DNA of 48,983 nt from Candidatus Tayloriibacteriota bacterium (GCA_052034805.1 JBPOID010000005.1:1-48983); one strand, 5' to 3'; numbered from the stretch's first letter, positions 16,102-26,487 are shown. A program made the numbers and translations. The notes: generated from the sequence alone by a model not told the origin.

Positions 16102-16944
16102 ATGAAAATATTTATGGGGTGGATAAAAAGAATTCTTTACTTTCTTCTTGCCTCAGTTGCACTTATCATATGTATTCTCGTGATCGTGCATTTTTTAACA
16201 AAGCCATCTAATGATCGAAAATGGAATAATGATCAGAATATTCTTCCATACGCCGAAATCAATGATGATCTTATATCCGTACACAACATTAGAAATTTCT
16301 CATACACCTCGACTATAGACTATACTCCAAATTACTATGATAAAGTATTCGACATAAATAAACTCAAAAAGGTCTGGTATATTGTAGAACCATTCTCGGG
16401 CATCCCAGGTTCTGCCCATACATTTTTAAGCTTTGAATTCTCAAATAATCAATTTGTCGCTATTTCGGTCGAAATCCGCAAAGAAAAGGGAGAAACATAC
16501 AATCCAATCAAGGGACTTTTAAACCAGTATGAATTGATGTATGTGGTTGCAGACGAACGTGATGTCATTAAACTTCGCTCTAATTATCGCAAGGATCTGG
16601 TATATGTATATCCAGTAAAAACAACAGTTGAAAAAACACGTGCTTTATTTTTGGACATGATTGAGCGAGTAAATAATCTGAAAGATCACCCTGAATTTTA
16701 TAATACGATCACAAATACTTGCACTACAAATATCGTGAGACATGTAGACAAAATTACACCTAATAGAGTGCCTCTATTTAACCTACGTATTCTCTTGCCA
16801 GCAAATTCTGACAAGCTAGCGTACGAGCTTGGTTTAATTGATACTGATCTGCCGTTTGAGGAAGCGCGAACGAAGTACTTCATAAATGATCGTGCGTTGA
16901 AATATGCAACTGATCCTGATTTTTCTTTAAAAATAAGACCATAA
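16102..16944 (+). CDS. DUF4105 (Lnb N-terminal periplasmic domain) family protein
   Basis: ORF track. Pattern NDRKWNNDQNILPYAEI...ISVHNIRNF...SAHTFLSFEF...SVEIRKEKGE...YELMYVVADERDVIKLRSNYR...YNTITNTCTT matches the DUF4105 hallmark blocks. Confidence 0.75.
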   Translation: MKIFMGWIKRILYFLLASVALIICILVIVHFLTKPSNDRKWNNDQNILPYAEINDDLISVHNIRNFSYTSTIDYTPNYYDKVFDINKLKKVWYIVEPFSGIPGSAHTFLSFEFSNNQFVAISVEIRKEKGETYNPIKGLLNQYELMYVVADERDVIKLRSNYRKDLVYVYPVKTTVEKTRALFLDMIERVNNLKDHPEFYNTITNTCTTNIVRHVDKITPNRVPLFNLRILLPANSDKLAYELGLIDTDLPFEEARTKYFINDRALKYATDPDFSLKIRP

Positions 16945-16955
16945 AAAAGATTTCT

Positions 16956-17207
16956 ATGAATATAACATTGTATGCAACAATTGCAGGAATACTGACCTCA
17001 ATAAGATTAATTCCGCAAGTTATAAAAAGTTTGAAGACAAAAAGCACTCATGACCTATCACTATATTTTGTTGTGATATGTCTATTCCAAGCAATCTTTC
17101 TTATTCTTTATGGAGCTAGCAAACCAGATAATGCTATTCTATATATGAATATATTACCTCTGATATGTTCAGCCATTCTTCTGTATCTGAAGTACAAATA
17201 TAGGTAA
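16956..17207 (+). CDS. SemiSWEET / PQ-loop sugar transporter
   Basis: ORF track; 83 aa with three helices and the PQ motif in IRLIPQVIKSLKTKST. Confidence 0.75.
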   Translation: MNITLYATIAGILTSIRLIPQVIKSLKTKSTHDLSLYFVVICLFQAIFLILYGASKPDNAILYMNILPLICSAILLYLKYKYR

Positions 17208-17267
17208 AGTAGCAGAAAAATCATTATTAATATTGCATCAATATAGTTAGAATGAATGTCTATAATT

Positions 17268-19943
17268 TTATCTAGGCAATGATGTTAACTCTCCAAAATC
17301 CTTTGGCCTATATTTCTCCCACTCCTCTTGCTTCACATACAGCATATGATATTTAATTCTATGCTGTTGCTCATTTGCATCATCGCACCACTGCGCTAAA
17401 CGCTTGATTTTCTCAATATCGTCGAGATCCTCCCGGCCTTTGGTTTCCACGATATACACGGTCTTCTCATCGGTCTTTATAATGAAATCTGGATAGTAGT
17501 ATGAGATTGAACCGCTTGCGTTCTTATAGTCGATTTTGAAATGAACCTCATAATAATTCTTGGCGAAAGAAATGACGTCGTCTGATCGCTCGAGAAAATC
17601 TGCGAATTCAAGTTCAAATTGGCTGTCTCCAACGATCTTGTTGAACACACTCTTTTTTGGTATCAGATACGATTTATCGTTAACCACGAACGGTCGGCTA
17701 CTGGAGAGTTTGATGTAATTCTTGAGCTCGGTATCTCCCACATCCTGGACGGTAAGGTCGTTAATCGCTTTTTTGAACGACTCAATGATCGTTTTCTTGG
17801 CTTCAGTTTCCGACAGGTTCCGAAGAATATTGGCGTCCATAAGGTCGACTGACTTATCGAAGAGATGGTGCTGAATGAAATCCTTTACCTTACCGAAGAG
17901 GATATCGTAGCAACCGAAAAGCCGGAGCTCACGCATGATCGACTGGACGAAAAAGCCCACGGCGCTCTGGTAGCTCGGTTCGATCGAGCTTTCGAGTACG
18001 GTTACATGGTGTACCTTACCGTCTATAACTTCCTGGAAGACAATTTCCTTCTTTTCTTCAGCGCTAAATTCCTTCAGTTTGACTTTTGCGTGCCTGAAGT
18101 CGTCAATATCAAGATCGTTTAGATTCTTATACTCACGCTGAATACGCGGAGTCAGTATCGGAAGTTCTATGTCTAATTTCTCGACATCCTTTTTCGGATT
18201 AGCTGAGTCAATTTCAATGACAATCGGAGTGATGGGATTCGAATTTCGATCCATCTTGCGCTTCTCAAGCTCGACGCCCTCTGCCTTGATGGACTCCACG
18301 AATTCCATGAAGGCTGGCGTACCGATAACACTCACATATTCCTCGATATCATCCCTGCCGAAGAACATACGGCGCAAACCTCGGCCGAGAGTTTGCTCCG
18401 GCAGTATATTTGAGGCGGCGGCATAAGCACGCAGACCGACGATCGTGGTCACATTTTTCACATCCCATCCTTCCTTGAGCATGAGCACCGAGACGATCAC
18501 CTTATACGGACTCTCGATGCTATCGATAGTATTAGCCTGTTCGCGTAGCCGCTTCAATTCCTCATCATTCTTGCCAGTCACCGTCTCGGAAATCTCACCG
18601 CTTCTGTTCGTGTGAATGGTCATTACGGCGCCCTTGAGCTCGGGATATGTCTTTTCGAGATATCCAGCCACGTCGTCACAGTTCTTGGTATCGTCGGTCA
18701 TTATGAAAAGGATTGACTTTTTTCCGGTCGGTTCAAGCTCTTTGTATGTCTTCCTCCACTCCTCTACACCGAGATTGATAAAGTCCTCATATTTCTCAGT
18801 AAAAAGCGAGCTCTGTTTTTCGACGAGTTTTGCTCGACTAGCCTGATCCGGCAGAACCGGATTCTTTACTACTCGCTGATGGATAGCCTCCACGAGAGGA
18901 TAGTCGGAAATGGTCTGCACGAATATGGAGCCATTGTTTCTCTTTGGCGTTGCGGTGACATCGATTTGAAGCGACAATTTCTTGCCCTTTTGCAGGAGCT
19001 TGTTATGAATATCTTGAATGGATTTGAACCATGCCATCTTGTCATCATGAATGTGGTGCGCCTCGTCGTTGATGACCACGAGCTCGTCAATGTCTCGCAC
19101 GATTTCTCCGAGGTCAACCATGGATTCATTCGTCTTTGTCACTGGCTTTGAGCCGAGGAAGTAATCGGATGTGTCCTCGTCATTAGCACTGGAATCGTTC
19201 ACATCACTCTCGAATACTCGATGAATATTGGTCAGGAATATGTTACCCGTATCAGATATCGTACCTACAGCGTCCTGGAGATGGAGTGTAATTTGGAAGT
19301 CATCCTGCCAATTCTGGCCTTGGTAGCCACTATCGGGCAGGATCGGATCCTGGTAGAAAATCTTCAAGCCCTCGAAATCGTTTTTGATGCGTTCGAGCAC
19401 GATGATATTCGGTGTGATAAGCAGGAAATTCTTCGACAAGCCTGAATTCTGTTCGTAGAGCTTGTGGAAATATGACCAAGCGACAAGCAGACTCATGACC
19501 TTCGTCTTTCCACTTCCGGTTGCCATCTTTATAACGAATCGGAGCCATTCTTCCACGAACATATTCGGGCTCAATCTGCCGAGGCTGTCATATTTGATGA
19601 GATCGTACTTATTCTCAACGCCGGCAACCTCGTAAAGCCATATTACTGTTTCAACGGCCTCTCGTTGAGCGAAATAATATCTAAATGGTACGGCTATGCC
19701 TTTGGAATCAAAGATGGTGTGAGGTTCAACAAACCACCAGTTAAGAAGTGCTTGCGATGTAACGCTTGCCCCCGCATACTTGTTATCACGCCACTCCTTT
19801 ACCTGCTTGCGGAGCTCTGGCACTAGTGGTGGAAGTAGCTTCTCATATCCATGCTCACGAAGAGCTTCGTCAGCCGGAAACCACCTTATGCTGGGATCAA
19901 GTATTTCAAATGGTGAGATTGGAAAGTCTTTATGAAGTGCCAT
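17268..19943 (-). CDS. res: type III restriction enzyme, Res subunit (SF2 helicase + PD-(D/E)xK nuclease)
   Basis: ORF track. MATGSGKT (motif I), NDEAHH (motif II), VTATP (III), LKEGWDV, and a C-terminal YYPDFII...YIVETKG nuclease motif. Starts 4 nt after the mod stop. Confidence 0.9.
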   Translation of the reverse strand: MALHKDFPISPFEILDPSIRWFPADEALREHGYEKLLPPLVPELRKQVKEWRDNKYAGASVTSQALLNWWFVEPHTIFDSKGIAVPFRYYFAQREAVETVIWLYEVAGVENKYDLIKYDSLGRLSPNMFVEEWLRFVIKMATGSGKTKVMSLLVAWSYFHKLYEQNSGLSKNFLLITPNIIVLERIKNDFEGLKIFYQDPILPDSGYQGQNWQDDFQITLHLQDAVGTISDTGNIFLTNIHRVFESDVNDSSANDEDTSDYFLGSKPVTKTNESMVDLGEIVRDIDELVVINDEAHHIHDDKMAWFKSIQDIHNKLLQKGKKLSLQIDVTATPKRNNGSIFVQTISDYPLVEAIHQRVVKNPVLPDQASRAKLVEKQSSLFTEKYEDFINLGVEEWRKTYKELEPTGKKSILFIMTDDTKNCDDVAGYLEKTYPELKGAVMTIHTNRSGEISETVTGKNDEELKRLREQANTIDSIESPYKVIVSVLMLKEGWDVKNVTTIVGLRAYAAASNILPEQTLGRGLRRMFFGRDDIEEYVSVIGTPAFMEFVESIKAEGVELEKRKMDRNSNPITPIVIEIDSANPKKDVEKLDIELPILTPRIQREYKNLNDLDIDDFRHAKVKLKEFSAEEKKEIVFQEVIDGKVHHVTVLESSIEPSYQSAVGFFVQSIMRELRLFGCYDILFGKVKDFIQHHLFDKSVDLMDANILRNLSETEAKKTIIESFKKAINDLTVQDVGDTELKNYIKLSSSRPFVVNDKSYLIPKKSVFNKIVGDSQFELEFADFLERSDDVISFAKNYYEVHFKIDYKNASGSISYYYPDFIIKTDEKTVYIVETKGREDLDDIEKIKRLAQWCDDANEQQHRIKYHMLYVKQEEWEKYRPKDFGELTSLPR

Positions 19944-19947
19944 AAAA

Positions 19948-22230
19948 TTATATTTTAATATCGATTACTCTGGTCGTATCATTGCCAAAAATGTCCACGA
20001 CCTTTACAGCAATCTTATGTTTCCCTTTTCCGACCTCTTTTATGGCCGAGGTTAGCTCAAGCACACGATTTTTCTTTGTGCGAAATGACTGCCATTCGTT
20101 TTCGAATATATAGCCACCTGTCCATACCTCCTTTTCCTCACCGGTCTTCTCATCAGTCACCCTTATGACTTCCTTCTTGCTCTCGAAGTCGAAATCCACC
20201 GCCCAGTAGTCCACCCAGTCACTCCATTTCTTCGTTAGGATCTCTCGCTCGATGATCTCAGTCTTCTTGTCCTTGGATAACTTGATAACCTGACCGTTCT
20301 CGATGACCACTTTGGCTCCGCCCGGCTTGAGTTTCTCCTCAATCTCTCCGGTATTATCTTGATTGTAGAAAACAGAGAAGTCGGTCAGATCTATTGCGAG
20401 TGTGCTTTTCTTGATGATCGGCTTTATATCGATATATGCCACATCATAGAATTTTACCTGGCCTTTCTCTACAGCCTTGCGGTCAAAAACTTCTCGAGGA
20501 ATGATTTTGAATTGAACATCGATGCCGTCTTTCTTCGCTTCCGAAAAATCTAGACCCATTTCGTAATCAAAGCCGAGCACATCGACTTTCGTTATTCCCT
20601 TCTGTTTCGCCTCGGCTATGATTTGATTTATGAAATCGGAAGCAACTGGCACATCTATGGGACCGACAGCAACGAGTCGGTCACGCTTCTTGCCGACGAA
20701 TGATTTGAAAGAATTCACCGGCTCAGCCTTATATGCCGATAGAATGAGTGACACAAATTCGTGTTCCTTCTGCTCTTTCTGTCTCTGGCGTTCTTCTTCA
20801 CGTAAGTCATTATTTACACCAACATAGTGCTCACGTTCATAACGACCAATATTCAGAATCTCAAAAGCTCGGAAATTCTTTCCGTCTAGCTTTAGTTCGC
20901 GCTGAACGTCTATCATACGCTTGCGAGAGGTATGTATTCCAAATCGTCCAATATCAGAGCCAATCCATTTTCTACCAAGCTTTTCTGCAACCGCTAGTGT
21001 TGTACCAGAACCACAAAAGAAATCTGCTACTAGGTCACCTTCATTCGAAGAAGATTTGATTATCCTCTCTAGAAGTTTTTCAGGCTTTTGAGTGGGGTAG
21101 TCTCCTTTCTCGACTCCTATATCTGTCCAAATGTTCTGTAGCTCGACACCAGATAGCTCATTTAGGTATTGCTTAATATTCGGCATACCGTTCTTTGACC
21201 ATGCAATGCGCCCGATCCTGTCGAGTTCTTCGAGAGCTTTCATCGTGTCTCCTTTTGCATCCTCGCTAATTTCTCCTAGAACATAGCCTGGAATTGCCCA
21301 GTGTCTCCCCTTGCCAATTTTGCCAGGATTTATTCCACGCCATTCCATTCCAGATTTACCTGTCGTTCTTCCAGGAGCTGTTAGTGGGCTTTCTCGATAC
21401 TTACCCTTTTTAGGATCCTCACCTCTGAACATAGTCTCTACATACTCATCATCGTACTCACTGTATTGCTGATTCCATATAGCGTCATCGGATTTTGTAA
21501 AAAATAGGATACTATCATTGATATTATTGTAGAACGAACTTCCGGCTCTTGCCGTCGTTCGTTTCCAGAATATCTCAGACCTATAAGCATTTTTCCCGAA
21601 GACTTCTTCAAGCACAATTCTTATAAAGCTGTTCAGTCTCCAATCGCAATGAACATAGATGCTTCCGTCTTCTGCAAGCAAATCATGAATAATTTTCAGG
21701 CGTTCATAGATCATCGCAATAAAACTGTCAGCTCCCTTACCCCAAGTATCGCGGTATGCCACCTCCTCGATCACCGACGGCTTCTTTGTAAAACTTTCTT
21801 CTTCGTCACCATCGCCTATCTTAATATCCATCGAAAAATCGGCACCGACGTCAAAAGGCGGATCTATATACACCAGCTTGAGACCGCCCTGTGCCTCGAT
21901 CTCTTTTCGTAGCTGACCATTTTTGAGCGATGAGAGTATGAGTTTGTTGTCGCCCCAGATCAACTTGTTCGTCCAGCCAGAAATCTGTCGGCCAGATGTG
22001 TCGAAGAGAGTATCCTGTAGCTCAATCTTTCCCTCGCTACGAGGCTCATCTATATGTTCAATCGTCTGGAACGGCAACACGCTGTTCGTGACCTCATTAG
22101 TTTTTCCATTCCACACTAACTCAACTTCACGATCATCTTTGAATAGTAAGAAGCGGTATTTATCCGGCAGTGGTTTATTCTGTTCGAGGAATTTTATTAT
22201 GTCTCGTTTTTCACCATCGGAAAGTTGCAT
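19948..22230 (-). CDS. mod: type III R-M DNA methyltransferase, Mod subunit (beta-class N6A/N4C)
   Basis: ORF track. VYIDPPF (motif IV) precedes [23 protein letters not shown] (motif I), which is the beta-class order. Confidence 0.9.
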   Translation of the reverse strand: MQLSDGEKRDIIKFLEQNKPLPDKYRFLLFKDDREVELVWNGKTNEVTNSVLPFQTIEHIDEPRSEGKIELQDTLFDTSGRQISGWTNKLIWGDNKLILSSLKNGQLRKEIEAQGGLKLVYIDPPFDVGADFSMDIKIGDGDEEESFTKKPSVIEEVAYRDTWGKGADSFIAMIYERLKIIHDLLAEDGSIYVHCDWRLNSFIRIVLEEVFGKNAYRSEIFWKRTTARAGSSFYNNINDSILFFTKSDDAIWNQQYSEYDDEYVETMFRGEDPKKGKYRESPLTAPGRTTGKSGMEWRGINPGKIGKGRHWAIPGYVLGEISEDAKGDTMKALEELDRIGRIAWSKNGMPNIKQYLNELSGVELQNIWTDIGVEKGDYPTQKPEKLLERIIKSSSNEGDLVADFFCGSGTTLAVAEKLGRKWIGSDIGRFGIHTSRKRMIDVQRELKLDGKNFRAFEILNIGRYEREHYVGVNNDLREEERQRQKEQKEHEFVSLILSAYKAEPVNSFKSFVGKKRDRLVAVGPIDVPVASDFINQIIAEAKQKGITKVDVLGFDYEMGLDFSEAKKDGIDVQFKIIPREVFDRKAVEKGQVKFYDVAYIDIKPIIKKSTLAIDLTDFSVFYNQDNTGEIEEKLKPGGAKVVIENGQVIKLSKDKKTEIIEREILTKKWSDWVDYWAVDFDFESKKEVIRVTDEKTGEEKEVWTGGYIFENEWQSFRTKKNRVLELTSAIKEVGKGKHKIAVKVVDIFGNDTTRVIDIKI

Positions 22231-22263
22231 AACTGAAATTGTGCCATAATTTCAGTTTTTTTT
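22231..22263 (+). terminator. 10-bp hairpin plus T8 tract abutting the mod start codon (terminator-shaped only on the plus strand)
   Basis: aactgaaatt (22231-22240), 7-nt loop, aatttcagtt (22248-22257). The T run spans 22256-22263. Confidence 0.4.
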
Positions 22264-22322
22264 CAATCGCGTGGAGCGAGTAAATTTGTCAACCTATTTA
22301 TTAATCAATTTTTCACTGAGCA

Positions 22323-24065
22323 TTAAATCCTTTTCTTATCCTTAAGCTTGTCAATGTAATCAATGAGATTTTTTATCTTATTCCATTTCATCACTTCATC
22401 TGTAATCTCGTTCGTATGCATGATCGGGTTGCGTATCGGATTAATCTCTTTTACATCAGAACAAAGCTCCTTTCGATATTTTTTCAGAGTCGGTTTTTTA
22501 GCATTTTTATTTGACCAAACATCAATTATACTTGCCAGACAATACAAGTCGGCATAATTGAGATAGCTTTCTTCTTTCACAATCTTACCTTTTAGCGCGT
22601 GTGTAGATTCGTCATCATTCCGACTCTTTCGAGTACCCTTTATTTTATCAGCAAGGTCTTTTTGGTCAGCATCTGACTGGTCAAATATGCTCTCGTCGAT
22701 ATTCTTAAACTTTATATATTCGCGGAATATGTTCTCAAGAATAAAGAGATCCTGATACACTGAGGTATTCTTGTATGATAGATTACGCAATTTGCTTTTT
22801 AGATCCTCCTTGGCAGCTTTGTCGATCAAGGAAGCATCCAACTTTTCTTCAAAATCCTTCTCTCGCCAATTCTTGCTATCTTCAAGGCGTCTTTGGTACT
22901 TGGGAAGCGATTCATCCTCTATATCGCCCTCATTTTTATGTTTTCGACGCCAAGGGTCCCAATCGGTTAGGACAGCTGTTTGGATTTTCCTCAGTTTTTT
23001 CAAGAGGGACTGATATAATGGGTCATCTTTTATGATTCCTTCTCGAGAACTCGTAAATCTGTCTATCTTCTCATCTTCCAACCCGTCTACGTGGACTTCG
23101 CCGTACAAATATTCCTCCGCCAACCTTTTGAGCGAGATTTCCTGAAACAGATCTTCCTGTCTCAATCTTCCGTTACAAAACAGGTTTATACTTGCCTTGA
23201 AATCACCCTCGGATCCTCTAAGAATAAGGTCCTTCGGAAACTTCACTGACGCAATGAACCCCCTAATTTCTATAGTTTTTCCATCAAATTCAAATGTATT
23301 GTCTTCAATGACCCTATGCTCGTCGAGATTCTCATAGAGTTCCAGCCTATCCTTATCTTCTTTTCCCAAAAACCAGATGAACTGTGTGTTATCATCAAGT
23401 TCCTTCAGGTCCTTTCGCGTGATCGGTGTTCCATTGACGACGATTTTGAATTTGTCACCCTTTTTAAGACTGAATATAAAATTAAACTGAGTAGCAAGAT
23501 ATTTCCTTATGATACTCTCGCTGTTCAAGTTGATTTTTATCTTTTCGAATATTATTCTCGTTCCTGATGTTTTTTTGCTCCTAGCGAACCTGCGCTTGTC
23601 GGTGACAGTCAATACATCCAGGCTGTAATTTCCTTCGCTCCTGATTTTTTCATCAAGCTCAGGATTATTGATTCTTCCTCCAGTGAGAGCGCTCGCTTTC
23701 TTTTTAGCGATTATTGTGACTTTTTCGGAAACAGAAAGCATCGCCAGTTTTCCAATACCCTTACGGCCAATGACGTTTCTTTTGGACTTGTTATTTCTAT
23801 CAAGCCTTCTTGAATAGCCGACCTTGAGGAACTTATTCTGGAAATCGAGGTCATCCATTCCTTTGCCGTTGTCATCGACGATCAGGCTTTTCTTATCCAT
23901 CTTGATATCAACCTCAGTCGCCTCGGCATCCCACGAATTTGAAACTGCTTCAGCGATGACAGTGGCAAAACTCCTATAGAGACCTCTGCCCAGATGGTTC
24001 AGTATGTCCAGAGAGAAAGCAAATTCAAAGCGCTTATCTTCTGTTTTGGAAATTTTCTTTGACAT
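22323..24065 (-). CDS. GHKL (HATPase_c_3 / MORC-like) ATPase fused to a C-terminal HEPN-like domain
   Basis: ORF track. Bergerat motifs EAVSNSWDA, DDNGKGM and GRKGIGKLA lie at the N-terminus. The C-terminus has INPIRNPIMHTNEI (R-N-x-x-x-H, the HEPN Rx4-6H motif). The start overlaps the dcm 3' end by 32 nt. Confidence 0.8.
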   Translation of the reverse strand: MSKKISKTEDKRFEFAFSLDILNHLGRGLYRSFATVIAEAVSNSWDAEATEVDIKMDKKSLIVDDNGKGMDDLDFQNKFLKVGYSRRLDRNNKSKRNVIGRKGIGKLAMLSVSEKVTIIAKKKASALTGGRINNPELDEKIRSEGNYSLDVLTVTDKRRFARSKKTSGTRIIFEKIKINLNSESIIRKYLATQFNFIFSLKKGDKFKIVVNGTPITRKDLKELDDNTQFIWFLGKEDKDRLELYENLDEHRVIEDNTFEFDGKTIEIRGFIASVKFPKDLILRGSEGDFKASINLFCNGRLRQEDLFQEISLKRLAEEYLYGEVHVDGLEDEKIDRFTSSREGIIKDDPLYQSLLKKLRKIQTAVLTDWDPWRRKHKNEGDIEDESLPKYQRRLEDSKNWREKDFEEKLDASLIDKAAKEDLKSKLRNLSYKNTSVYQDLFILENIFREYIKFKNIDESIFDQSDADQKDLADKIKGTRKSRNDDESTHALKGKIVKEESYLNYADLYCLASIIDVWSNKNAKKPTLKKYRKELCSDVKEINPIRNPIMHTNEITDEVMKWNKIKNLIDYIDKLKDKKRI

Positions 24066-25116
24066 GTTGTTTTATGCTCTTGCCGATCACCGAACCAATT
24101 CGTACAGGAACAGCATTACCAATAAATTTGGCGACATCTCTAGTTATGATCGGCTTTCCTGGCTCAACGAACCTATAGTTTTTGGGAAATGTTTGAAATA
24201 CAGCTGCTTCGCGCAAGCTAATAGCCCTATCCTGAGAAGGATGCCCGAAGCGACCATTACCCAGTCCTGTACACTGAGTAGTCATAGTAGGTGCAGGTTC
24301 ATTCCAACGCATCCTACCATAAACGGTACGGCGATAGGTATGTCCCGATTTTTTCCTATGGCAGGGTAGTCTCAAATCATTGCTCCAGCTCATGGAATTT
24401 CCCCCATCATGTGGAGTGGACCTGATTCTCTGCATGTTTTTTTCACTTAATTTCCTGGCTTTATGCATCGGATCATTGATGCTGGATTCTCCATCTTTTA
24501 TCGGCTCGAGATCCTTGATGACGTCCCTGACGGTCACCTTTTTATCAATATGAGTACGTTTTATCAATTCAATATCTCCAAAACGGGACGCAAGAAGCAC
24601 AAGTCGGCGCCTTCTTTGAGGCACACCATAATCAGAAACATTGACGATCTCGTATTTATATTTATATCCATTCCTTTCAAGTGTACTAATAAATTCGGCG
24701 AAGACTGGATATTTACCTTTGTCTGCTAGACCACTTACATTTTCCATAGACACTATATCAGGCTTGATCTCGTCTATAAGCTGCGCAAATTTCCCGAGCG
24801 GCTCAAGCTGTTTCCTTGTTATCGTTTTCAAATTCAGCTTGGAAAAAGGCTGGCATGGCGCGCAACCTGCAAGCACACGTATGGTACCCTTGTCGTGACC
24901 GAATAATTCTTCTACTTCCTTACCGGAAACATCCAAGATGTTCTTATCGATAAATTTTGCACGATTGTTGTATTCGTAACCGTATTTACAACTGGAGTCG
25001 TTATCAATTCCCGCTACTACATCCATACCCTCTTTGATCAGACCATGACTAAGCCCCCCTATTCCGCAGAACAGATCTACAACTTTTATTTTTGAATTAG
25101 AGGATCCAATCTTCAT
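24034..25116 (-). CDS. dcm: DNA (cytosine-5) methyltransferase
   Basis: ORF track. DLFCGIGG (I), GCAPCQPFS (IV), MENVSGL (VI), PQRRRRL (VIII), GNAVPV (X). Confidence 0.95.
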   Translation of the reverse strand: MKIGSSNSKIKVVDLFCGIGGLSHGLIKEGMDVVAGIDNDSSCKYGYEYNNRAKFIDKNILDVSGKEVEELFGHDKGTIRVLAGCAPCQPFSKLNLKTITRKQLEPLGKFAQLIDEIKPDIVSMENVSGLADKGKYPVFAEFISTLERNGYKYKYEIVNVSDYGVPQRRRRLVLLASRFGDIELIKRTHIDKKVTVRDVIKDLEPIKDGESSINDPMHKARKLSEKNMQRIRSTPHDGGNSMSWSNDLRLPCHRKKSGHTYRRTVYGRMRWNEPAPTMTTQCTGLGNGRFGHPSQDRAISLREAAVFQTFPKNYRFVEPGKPIITRDVAKFIGNAVPVRIGSVIGKSIKQHVKENFQNRR

Positions 25117-25162
25117 CTTGCTTCTTATTTTACCACAAATTTAGAAAAGCGTAGCAATCATA

Positions 25163-25187
25163 AACGGCACCCATTTAGGATGCCGTT
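25163..25187 (-). terminator. weak terminator hairpin after the lysis cassette
   Basis: aacggca/tgccgtt 7-bp stem with an 11-nt loop. The downstream T tract is weak (ttatgatt). Confidence 0.35.
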
Positions 25188-25217
25188 CACGTCTGATGCA
25201 CATAGTGTGCCACAGAT

Positions 25218-25397
25218 TTATTTTCCCGCAAACGGCTGACTCGTTTCCCCTTTGCTCGCGAAGTAGAAGGAGAATGCCATCGAGGCTAGGATCATGAAAT
25301 CCTTGGGATCTACCTTCCCATAAAATAGACCGACTATAGTTGCCACTGCCATCAGAATGAAAACAATTTTTGAAGCTGATGAATATATACTACTCAT
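25218..25397 (-). CDS. 59-aa two-helix membrane protein (holin/lysis accessory candidate)
   Basis: My translation: MSSIYSSASKIVFILMAVATIVGLFYGKVDPKDFMILASMAFSFYFASKGETSQPFAGK*. Just below the ORF-track cut-off; sits immediately downstream of the endolysin. Confidence 0.45.
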   Translation of the reverse strand: MSSIYSSASKIVFILMAVATIVGLFYGKVDPKDFMILASMAFSFYFASKGETSQPFAGK

Positions 25398-25427
25398 AAA
25401 TTTATTTTAATTGATTAATAATTCGAC

Positions 25428-26483
25428 CTAGACCGCAAACTGCACATTCAGTGCTGCTCTCGTCTGCGGACCGATATTGTTCGGCGACGATGCGATCTTG
25501 TGTGCTTGTTGATATTTTGCATTTGCGGCTGCAGTCTTTGGACCAAAAATGCCAAGCTGATCAGCAGGGATAGGTGCGAGGAAGCCGAGTATCATGTATG
25601 CAATCTGTGCAAACTTCACACCGTCATTAATATCACCAAGAGCTAAATTCTTTTCCCATCTGTAGTGGAATGCTTTTGGCGATGGGAGTGCTTTGAGAAA
25701 ATTTTGAATGTCAGGCGGAATCTCTGCTATAGCCCATTGCTCAATGATGTAGGGTGACCAAATCTTCTGATTATATTTTGTCTGACCCTTATTGGCCCAC
25801 CTTTCACTCCATTCATTCTGTAGATTGTTATAAATATCATCTTCCCAACCGAAAGGAGTCATCTGATGACCTGAAACTATTACTTTTGGAATGCGGAGCG
25901 GATCTATGTCCCTATCCTCCCATGATGGAGTCCATAATTCGTTGCCAATTTCAAAGAGTGCCGAGACTGCACCATAAAGATATATAGCTTCTCGTGTTCT
26001 TTGGAAATCAATAGGAACTGAAACATAACCGGGGATCTTGTACATGGCAGCTTCCGCAAAAACCTCGGGTGTAAGTTTACAATCACACCGATATTCAACG
26101 ACAGTAAGTGAAGTATCATTGGGAAGAGTTGCCGTGGTTGCGCATCCATAAAGAACTGCGAGTTTGAAGATGAGACGTGGATAAGTGCCACCCGTAACTT
26201 TATCCTGAAGATCAAATCGCTTTGCCAAAATATCGAGAAATCGGGGAGAGAAATCAATCATCTTCCCTGTTTTCCTGAACCAATATAGTTTCAGAAGATC
26301 CACTACACTGTGGGAGACGCAAGCTGGCACGAGTGCTTGCATCATAGGAGTCGCTAGTGTCGTCTTGTACGTAGGAGGAAGTGGTATCTGTGCAGGGAGT
26401 ATTCCTGCAACTGCCGACGCAACGTACTCATCTCGATAATCGGGCGGAGAAATAATAGCACCTGTTGAAAATTGTTCATTCAT
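25428..26483 (-). CDS. endolysin: papain-like (C1-type) cysteine peptidase with a C-terminal PG_binding_1 domain
   Basis: ORF track. PDYRD, QALVPACVSHS (Cys), VSGHQM (His) and NEWSERWANKGQ (compare papain NSWG..WG..GY). The C-terminus FGPKTAAANAKYQQAHKI...GPQTRAALN is a peptidoglycan-binding repeat. Confidence 0.7.
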   Translation of the reverse strand: MNEQFSTGAIISPPDYRDEYVASAVAGILPAQIPLPPTYKTTLATPMMQALVPACVSHSVVDLLKLYWFRKTGKMIDFSPRFLDILAKRFDLQDKVTGGTYPRLIFKLAVLYGCATTATLPNDTSLTVVEYRCDCKLTPEVFAEAAMYKIPGYVSVPIDFQRTREAIYLYGAVSALFEIGNELWTPSWEDRDIDPLRIPKVIVSGHQMTPFGWEDDIYNNLQNEWSERWANKGQTKYNQKIWSPYIIEQWAIAEIPPDIQNFLKALPSPKAFHYRWEKNLALGDINDGVKFAQIAYMILGFLAPIPADQLGIFGPKTAAANAKYQQAHKIASSPNNIGPQTRAALNVQFAV

Positions 26484-26487
26484 ATAT

